A DNA stretch of 64,000 bases from Gammaproteobacteria bacterium (GTDB lineage: Bacteria; Pseudomonadota; Gammaproteobacteria; Steroidobacterales; Steroidobacteraceae): positions 1,093 to 65,092 of the forward strand of contig JAQGOC010000273.1 of assembly GCA_028293805.1 (NCBI GenBank). The letters run 5' to 3'. The notes under the pieces are model-generated. The model was given only the letters and a program-made list of their open reading frames with translations. It did not search any database and was not told the DNA's origin. Within the stretch, counting starts at the first letter, position 1. The number at the start of each line of letters is the position of its first letter. Made by a program: the position numbers and the translations under genes. This document shows positions 58,250-64,000 of the stretch, piece after piece.

Positions 58250-59542
58250 TTAGTAGGTTTCGACGTGGTATCGCCCAGTTTCCCGAAGACGCGGCAGCAC
58301 GCTGTCCCAGCTCATTTCATGTCTTGCGCACACCTCCCGAAACGCCGCATCCACGCCCTGCTCCATGCCTTTCAGCCCGCAGATATAGATGTACGACTCG
58401 TCGTTTCGAAGCAGGCGCGCGACGTCGGCGGCACGGGCCCGAATCAGATCCTGCACGTACTCTTTGGACTTCCCGGGAACACGGGAAAACGCGAGATTGT
58501 TGTCTATGAATTCCTTCGGCAGGTGGGTGAGCGGGCCGAAATAAGGCAGCTCGGACGGTGAGCGCGCGCCGAAGAACAGCATCAACTCCCCATTCTCTTT
58601 CAAATGCGTCCGGCGCCGCCGGCGCTCCGTCATAGCCCGCATTGGCGCCGAGCCGGTTCCGGTACAGATCATGAGGAGAGCGGCGCCTGAATGATTCGGC
58701 ATCAGGAAGCTGGTGCCATAGGGGCCCACCACCTGCACCTCGTCGCCCGTCTTCAGATCACACAGATAGTTGGAACATACCCCGCGAGCTGGTCTGTTCT
58801 CATGGTCCTCTGTGACCCGTTTCACGGTGAGAGACAGATTGTTGTATCCCGGGCGCTCGCCGTCGCGCGGGCTCGCTACCGAGTAAAGTCGCACGTAGTG
58901 TGGTCGGCCGCGATCGTCCACTCCGGGCGGAACGATGCCTATGGTCTGGCCCTCGAGCACCGGCATCGCGGACGCACCGAAGTCCAGGACGATATGGCGG
59001 ATGTCGGTCACCGCATCGTCTGCCGTCAGGCGGTAATTACCCGTGACTACGGCGATGACCGGATTCTTCAGGGAGTACAAATTGACCCGAGGCTTCTGTG
59101 CCGACCACGGCGGGGGCGCCACGCCTCCCTGCCCTGCGATGGCCAGCACCGTCGCGGCGACGACCTCGGTCGGCAGGTCCGTGCCCGCACCGATATCCAA
59201 CTCTTCCTGCCGGGGCAGCTGGTCCCAACCCAGCTGCTCTTCGAGCGAATAGGCCTTTGGCCGCAGTACCTGCCGCCAATTGTCGATCGCGCCGGTCGGA
59301 CACGGGGAGATGCAAGCGTTGCAGGCATTGCAGACGTCGAATTTGACCACGTAATTACGGTCATCGTGCGTGACGGCGCCGATCGGGCACGTGGCCTCAC
59401 AGGTATTGCAGCGAATGCAGATTTCCGGATCGATCAGGTGCTGCCTGGCAATGCCCCTGTCAGCAGCGCTTGCCGCCGCTACGGGAGCTGCGGCGGTCCC
59501 GAGCTCGTCCCGGGGCCGCTGTGGGTCAATTGAAACGGACAT
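58250..59542 (-). CDS. boxA: benzoyl-CoA oxygenase/epoxidase reductase component A
   Basis: Two 4Fe-4S motifs ([24 protein letters not shown]) are fused to an FNR-like module (RLYSVASP...[13 protein letters not shown]). Confidence 0.9.
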   Translation of the reverse strand: MSVSIDPQRPRDELGTAAAPVAAASAADRGIARQHLIDPEICIRCNTCEATCPIGAVTHDDRNYVVKFDVCNACNACISPCPTGAIDNWRQVLRPKAYSLEEQLGWDQLPRQEELDIGAGTDLPTEVVAATVLAIAGQGGVAPPPWSAQKPRVNLYSLKNPVIAVVTGNYRLTADDAVTDIRHIVLDFGASAMPVLEGQTIGIVPPGVDDRGRPHYVRLYSVASPRDGERPGYNNLSLTVKRVTEDHENRPARGVCSNYLCDLKTGDEVQVVGPYGTSFLMPNHSGAALLMICTGTGSAPMRAMTERRRRRTHLKENGELMLFFGARSPSELPYFGPLTHLPKEFIDNNLAFSRVPGKSKEYVQDLIRARAADVARLLRNDESYIYICGLKGMEQGVDAAFREVCARHEMSWDSVLPRLRETGRYHVETY

Positions 59543-60950
59543 ACTCGAAGTTGACCGGCTGTTTGTTGATGCCGGCGGCGGGAGGCGCGATCCAATTGAC
59601 GAATTTGCCGGGCTCCACCACGCGGCCCATCAGCGAACCCACGAAAGCCCGGTCCTCGGTCGTGGGCAGCCATTGCCCGACATGGCCGCTCCACTGTGCT
59701 TCGCTCAGGACGCGACCTTCCGGCGAGACCTTGAGGCCCGCCAGAGGGCCAATCTGCCGGTGGAATGCCTTGTGGGGGACGGCCAGTTGAAAATCGATGC
59801 CCGCCTTCTGAATGATCCTGTTCCAGCGGGCAATACCTGCGACCGAGTCCTTCACGAAGTCGTCGCGCAGCCGCTCGTTCAGCGCGTTGAGCGCGGGCGC
59901 CTCACGCGTCACCAGCGCGCCGGCGACGGGCTCGAACACGGGGTACGACTGATCCAGTAGCACGTGATCGTCCGTGATGCGTGCTTCCTCGAAGCGGCCT
60001 TTCAGACCGGTCGTGTAGAACGTCGCCGCGTTGGAGGAGACATCCGAGCCAAACAGGTCGAGCGTGACGCTGGAATGAAAGTTGACGTACCGTTGCATCG
60101 TCGGCAGATCGATCACACCGAGACTACGCACGCGCGCCGGATCGTCGACTTTATTCTGCGCCATGACCTCGCACGTGCGCTGAATGATACGTGCTACGCC
60201 CGATTCGCCCACGAACATGTGGTGAGCTTCCTCGGTGTGCATGAACTTCGTCGTGCGCGCGAGCGGATCGAATGCCGACTCGGCCAGCGCGGCCAGTTGA
60301 AATTTGCCGTCCCGATCCGTGAAGTACGTGAACATGAAGAAGGACAGCCAGTCCGGCGTGCGCTCGTTGAACGCTCCGAGAATACGGGGATTGTCGGCAT
60401 CGCCCGAGCGGCGCTCCAGCAGTGCCTCGGCTTCTTCGCGACCGTCGCGTCCGAAATAGCGGTGCAACAGGTACACCATGGCCCAGAGGTGCCGGCCTTC
60501 CTCCACGTTCACCTGAAACAGGTTGCGCAAGTCGTAGAGCGAGGGGCAGGTCAGCCCGAGGTGCCGCTGCTGCTCCACGGATGCCGGCTCCGTGTCGCCT
60601 TGAGTGACGATGATCCGCCGGAGATTGCTGCGATATTCGCCCGGCACTTCCTGCCACACGGGCTCGCCCTTGTGAGCGCCGAAGCTGATCTTGCGATCCG
60701 GGATGGCGGGATTGAGGAAGATCCCCCAGCGATAGTCGGGCATTTTCACGTGACCGAAATTCGCCCAGCCGCCCGGATCCACGCTGATGGCGGTACGCAG
60801 ATAGACGTCGAACGCGCCCGAGCCTTCCGGGCCCATGTCGCCCCACCAGTTGAGGAATTCGGGCTGCCAATGCTCGAGCGCCCGCTGCAGAGTCTTGTCA
60901 CCGGCGAGATCCACGTTGTTCGGGATCTTCTGCTCGTAGTCGATGCTCAT
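59526..60950 (-). CDS. boxB: benzoyl-CoA 2,3-epoxidase, di-iron component B
   Basis: [36 protein letters not shown]...[13 protein letters not shown]...EEAHHMFVG carries di-iron ligands and the BoxB-specific N-terminus. Confidence 0.9.
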   Translation of the reverse strand: MSIDYEQKIPNNVDLAGDKTLQRALEHWQPEFLNWWGDMGPEGSGAFDVYLRTAISVDPGGWANFGHVKMPDYRWGIFLNPAIPDRKISFGAHKGEPVWQEVPGEYRSNLRRIIVTQGDTEPASVEQQRHLGLTCPSLYDLRNLFQVNVEEGRHLWAMVYLLHRYFGRDGREEAEALLERRSGDADNPRILGAFNERTPDWLSFFMFTYFTDRDGKFQLAALAESAFDPLARTTKFMHTEEAHHMFVGESGVARIIQRTCEVMAQNKVDDPARVRSLGVIDLPTMQRYVNFHSSVTLDLFGSDVSSNAATFYTTGLKGRFEEARITDDHVLLDQSYPVFEPVAGALVTREAPALNALNERLRDDFVKDSVAGIARWNRIIQKAGIDFQLAVPHKAFHRQIGPLAGLKVSPEGRVLSEAQWSGHVGQWLPTTEDRAFVGSLMGRVVEPGKFVNWIAPPAAGINKQPVNFEYVRFN

Positions 60951-60966
60951 CGGGTGCTCCGGGGTG

Positions 60967-62655
60967 TCAGATACGTTCCCAGTTGAATCGAGCCTTGCTG
61001 CCAGTGCCGAAGACCTTCAGCGCTCCGGCCTCGCCCACCGCGTTCGGCCGGATGAAGATCCAGTTCTGCCACGCGGACAGCCGTCCGAAGATGCGGGTTT
61101 CCAGCGTCTCAGGGCCGCCGAACCGCAGACTCGCCTCCAGACCAGTCAGGGCATCGGGCGACAGACTCGTGCGCTCTTCGATTGCCAGACGAACCTCGTC
61201 ATCCCAGTCCAGCGAGTCCGGCGTGGCAGTCACCAGGCCAAGCGTCAGCGCCTCCTCGGCGGCAAGAGCGCGGCCGATTGCGGCGCGTATTCCTTCAATG
61301 GGTTTCGATTCCCCATAAAAACGGGACCCGAGACGGCTGAGCCGCGCAGCGCTCTCGTACGACTCGAAGTTCATGGCGGACACCGCAATCCGCGGGGCGT
61401 CGGAGCTCTCCGGTGCGGCTAACATGTAACTCCGATCGGCAGCCAGTGCCAGCTCTAACAGCGTGCCGGCAAAACATGACGTTTTGTCGATCAGGGCAAA
61501 CAAGGATCGGGAGGTGACGTCAAGTCGCGCAAGTGTCCGTCGCAGCATGGCTACCGTCTCTCTCACGAACCAGTTGCCCCTGTGGGAGACGAGCGTAGCG
61601 TCAACCGCGAGAACTCGCCCAAGCTCGCCGCGCGTCTTCAGTATCCACGTGCCGATTTCGAGGTCATTGGTCCTGAGCATGAGGATGGCATCGTCCAACT
61701 CGCGTGCCATCGCGAGCGGCCACCACTCGGCGCCCAGCGCGAGAATTCCAGCGAGATCCAGCGGCTGCTCGGCCTTGGGTGCCTGGACAGTCAGGGTTGC
61801 CGTGCGGGCCTTTCTATCAATCCGCACATCAACGTGCGAGTAGTGATAGCCGTGCTCGTCGATGGTGCGTGCCAGCAAAGTCAGTCCGACACCCTGCCCG
61901 TCATGCGGGCGATCGCTCATTTCGGCAAGCTCGAGCGCGCGCCGCTGAACGAGGGCGGCGAACTGCTGCGGCTTGGCGTGATCGTCGATCAACCTCCATT
62001 CCTTGGCGCGCGGAGCGCGCACGCCTTCGCTGACTGTACAGAATATATCCGCGTGATCGCGGCGCACTTTGCGCTTGTCGGTCAGCCTGGTGAGCCCACC
62101 CGTACCCGGGAGCACTCCCAGCAGCGGCACCTCGGGCAGACTGACTGCGGCTGAACGATCGTCCACCAGGAGAATCTCATCGCAGGCAAGAGCGAGCTCG
62201 TAGCCGCCCCCTGCGGTCGTGCCATTGCAGGCAGCGAGAAATTTGAGCCCTGAATGACGGCTCGAATCCTCGATTCCGTTGCGCGTCTCGTTGGTGAACT
62301 TGCAGAAGTTCACCTTCCACGCATGCGAGGAGAGCCCCAACATGAAGATGTTCGCACCGGAGCAGAAGATGCGCTCCTTGGAGCTCGTCAGCACCACAGT
62401 ACGTACTTCGGGATGCTCGAACCGGAGCCGCTGCAGCGCGTCGTACAACTCGATGTCGACTCCGAGGTCGTAGGAGTTGAGCTTGAGCTTGTAGCCCGGC
62501 CGCAAGCCCCCTTCCTCGTCGACATTCATCTGCAGCGTCGCCACTACACCATCGAATGACAGTTTCCAATGTCGATATTGCTCCGGGTGAGTATCGAAGG
62601 TGACCCATTGCCCGGATTGCGGTTGCAGCGATACGGCAGCGTGCGCCATGAGCAT
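60967..62655 (-). CDS. boxC: 2,3-epoxybenzoyl-CoA dihydrolase
   Basis: HPEQYRHWKLSFDGVVATLQMNVDEEGGLRPGYKLKLNSYDLGVDIEL is the typical BoxC N-terminus (crotonase superfamily, about 560 aa). Confidence 0.9.
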   Translation of the reverse strand: MLMAHAAVSLQPQSGQWVTFDTHPEQYRHWKLSFDGVVATLQMNVDEEGGLRPGYKLKLNSYDLGVDIELYDALQRLRFEHPEVRTVVLTSSKERIFCSGANIFMLGLSSHAWKVNFCKFTNETRNGIEDSSRHSGLKFLAACNGTTAGGGYELALACDEILLVDDRSAAVSLPEVPLLGVLPGTGGLTRLTDKRKVRRDHADIFCTVSEGVRAPRAKEWRLIDDHAKPQQFAALVQRRALELAEMSDRPHDGQGVGLTLLARTIDEHGYHYSHVDVRIDRKARTATLTVQAPKAEQPLDLAGILALGAEWWPLAMARELDDAILMLRTNDLEIGTWILKTRGELGRVLAVDATLVSHRGNWFVRETVAMLRRTLARLDVTSRSLFALIDKTSCFAGTLLELALAADRSYMLAAPESSDAPRIAVSAMNFESYESAARLSRLGSRFYGESKPIEGIRAAIGRALAAEEALTLGLVTATPDSLDWDDEVRLAIEERTSLSPDALTGLEASLRFGGPETLETRIFGRLSAWQNWIFIRPNAVGEAGALKVFGTGSKARFNWERI

Positions 62656-62667
62656 GTTCCTCGCTAT

Positions 62668-63588
62668 TCAGCTCGCGGCGGCCAGCTGCCGAAGGGCTTC
62701 AAAGCTCCGCTCGACAGTGCGCCCGGATGTGTCGATCACCGCATCGGCCCTTGCATAGAGCGGCTCGCGGGCCGTGAGAATATTTCGCAAATCGTCCATT
62801 GCTTCCGCATGGCCCGCCATCGGCCGCGTGTCGCCCTGGGCGACGACGCGCGACATGTGCTCCTCGGGGGCGGCTTTGACCCACACCGTAAAGCAATTGA
62901 GCAGCAGCAGATTGTAGGTCTCAGGCTCCGAGACGATACCGCCGCCGACAGTGAGCACAATGTCGTCCTGACTGTTGATCATTCGCTCGAGACAGCGGCG
63001 TTCGATGCGGCGGTAGCCCGCTTGTCCGTAGAGGAGAAAGACTTCGGAGAGGCTTATACCGGCCTCACGCTCGATCTCGCGATCGAGCTCGATCAATGGC
63101 CGGCGCAGCTCACTGGCGAGAGCGCCACCCAGGGTGGTCTTGCCCGCGCCGCGCAGGCCAATGAGCGTGATGCGCTTGCGACGAACTGCCTCATCCTGCC
63201 CAAACTCCAGAGTCAGCCGGCGAAGAGCCTCTTCCAGCCGCTGCGGTGGAAGACTATCGAGGAAGCGCCGGATGAGGCGCTGCTCGGGAGCCGGTTCACT
63301 GCTGTCCAGCAGATCGGTCAATCTCATGCCCAGCGCCCCGGCCACCCGGCGCAACAGAATAACGGAAGCGTTCCCCTCGCCAGCTTCCAATGCCGCGAGA
63401 TAACGCTCCGAGACGCTTGCAGTCCGGGAGAGCATTTTCCGCGCCATTCCGCGCTGCTCACGAGCCGCGCGAACGCGCCGGCCAAGACTCGCCAGGAATT
63501 CCGGATCGGAATCGGCGAGCCCCACGGGCGCCGAAATCGATCGCGCCGCTGGATTTGCCCTGTCTTTGGGCTTGGCGGAGGGCTTCAT
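62668..63588 (-). CDS. boxR: BoxR/BzdR-type regulator (XRE HTH + shikimate-kinase-like domain)
   Basis: HTH block RVRAAREQRGMARKMLSRTASVSERYLAALEAGEGNASVILLRRVAGAL plus the P-loop ITLIGLRGAGKTTLG. The gene is adjacent to boxCBA and divergent from the benzoate-CoA ligase gene. Confidence 0.85.
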   Translation of the reverse strand: MKPSAKPKDRANPAARSISAPVGLADSDPEFLASLGRRVRAAREQRGMARKMLSRTASVSERYLAALEAGEGNASVILLRRVAGALGMRLTDLLDSSEPAPEQRLIRRFLDSLPPQRLEEALRRLTLEFGQDEAVRRKRITLIGLRGAGKTTLGGALASELRRPLIELDREIEREAGISLSEVFLLYGQAGYRRIERRCLERMINSQDDIVLTVGGGIVSEPETYNLLLLNCFTVWVKAAPEEHMSRVVAQGDTRPMAGHAEAMDDLRNILTAREPLYARADAVIDTSGRTVERSFEALRQLAAAS

Positions 63589-63659
63589 GAGATGCGTTAT
63601 ACCGCCAGTTTGATGATCAGTTCAAGCGCTATATCGCACAGTCCCTCGGGCATAGGTGG

Positions 63660-63789
63660 GGGTATGGGCCCTTTGGGCCGCTTTTCCATACCCACGGCGC
63701 TCCAATGTGCTACTTGCCTTGCTCTATATTTCATGTTCGTATACCCCCAGCAGCTTTTTGCTCAAGCGCACGGCCAAGCGCACTTGAGC
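63660..63789. promoter_or_regulatory. inverted and direct repeats in the boxR / benzoate-CoA ligase divergent promoter region
   Basis: GGGTATGG (63660-67) pairs with CCATACCC (63686-93). GCTCAAG (63760-66) pairs with CTTGAGC (63783-89), enclosing the direct repeat AAGCGCAC x2 (63764-71, 63776-83). Confidence 0.3.
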
Positions 63790-63820
63790 GGTAACAGGCA
63801 GTAAGGGGGAAACGGCTGCC

Positions 63821-64000
63821 ATGCCTCGATTGAGCTCTGCGGATCACAGCGTGAGCCCGCCCGTCCTCGACATCCCGCGCGAATACAACGCGGCCTACGA
63901 TCTGATCGAGCGCAATCTGCGCGCCGGGCGGGGTGAGAAGTTAGCTTACGTGGACGACCATGAGAGCTGCACGTACAGGGAACTGGCGCAGCGCGTGGAC
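63821..64000 (+). CDS. bclA: benzoate-CoA ligase, N-terminal 60 codons (3' end outside the window)
   Basis: LDIPREYNAAYDLIERNLRAGRGEKLAYVDDHESCTYRELAQRV resembles the N-terminus of benzoate-CoA ligases. AAGGGGGA lies upstream of the ATG. The gene is divergent from boxR. Confidence 0.7.
   Translation, partial: MPRLSSADHSVSPPVLDIPREYNAAYDLIERNLRAGRGEKLAYVDDHESCTYRELAQRVD

Noticed and set aside
59964-60986. 340-aa plus-strand ORF
   Set aside because: It runs antisense to boxB and is a shadow ORF. The same applies to 62569..63804, which runs antisense to boxR.
1-64000. Search for mobile elements, CRISPR arrays, and defence or toxin-antitoxin modules
   Set aside because: I recognised no transposase, integrase, recombinase, Cas, restriction-modification, helicase-nuclease or classic TA protein motifs. 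There is no spacer-repeat array, and no flanking direct repeats or tRNA integration site. The window looks like core chromosome.

Overview
GC-rich, gene-dense chromosomal segment (about 55 CDS) from a proteobacterium. The protein families look beta/gammaproteobacterial, but I cannot assign a genus from sequence alone. I recognised no rRNA, tRNA, CRISPR array, transposase, integrase or phage genes. Content in order: tail of ackA; a yqjD-yqjE-yqjK-like membrane trio; L,D-transpeptidase; BON lipoprotein; Mpg glycosylase; dsbA; a leucine-catabolic block (MCC beta/alpha divergent from isovaleryl-CoA dehydrogenase plus a GntR regulator); an exported unknown; an 862-aa soluble tandem-sensor protein ending in a CheW-like domain; SDR; fpr; AsmA-family protein; a small GIY-YIG-like unknown; LysR; a three-gene operon (LytS/AlgZ-type kinase, LytTR response regulator, MFS transporter); UrcA; OprB-like porin; OFA-type MFS; ferritin-like protein; glgX; DUF1328 plus a small hydrophilic protein; a class-II UvrA paralogue followed co-directionally by mdtA-mdtB-mdtC-OMF; a Gly/Tyr-rich lipoprotein plus a secreted VOC protein; an unknown secreted protein; a beta-oxidation block (two ACADs divergent from a FadB-like enzyme plus thiolase); M20 peptidase; a membrane pseudo-receiver; BaxI/YccA; a receiver-domain relic; a PAN-domain protein; and the aerobic benzoyl-CoA (box) cluster boxR-boxC-boxB-boxA divergent from benzoate-CoA ligase. 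I found no clear novel multi-gene system and no defence-island signature. The best leads are: (1) the orphan double-sensor/CheW fusion at 12621-15209; (2) an array of CGTTG(C/A) motifs, including a 21-bp-periodic direct repeat, in front of the kinase/LytTR/MFS operon; (3) the UvrA2 paralogue heading the RND efflux cluster; (4) several structured or repeat-containing non-coding stretches (11003-11329, 12086-12620, 46336-46395) and one candidate 32-codon membrane micro-ORF. All functional calls rest on motif recognition by eye. No database search was run.
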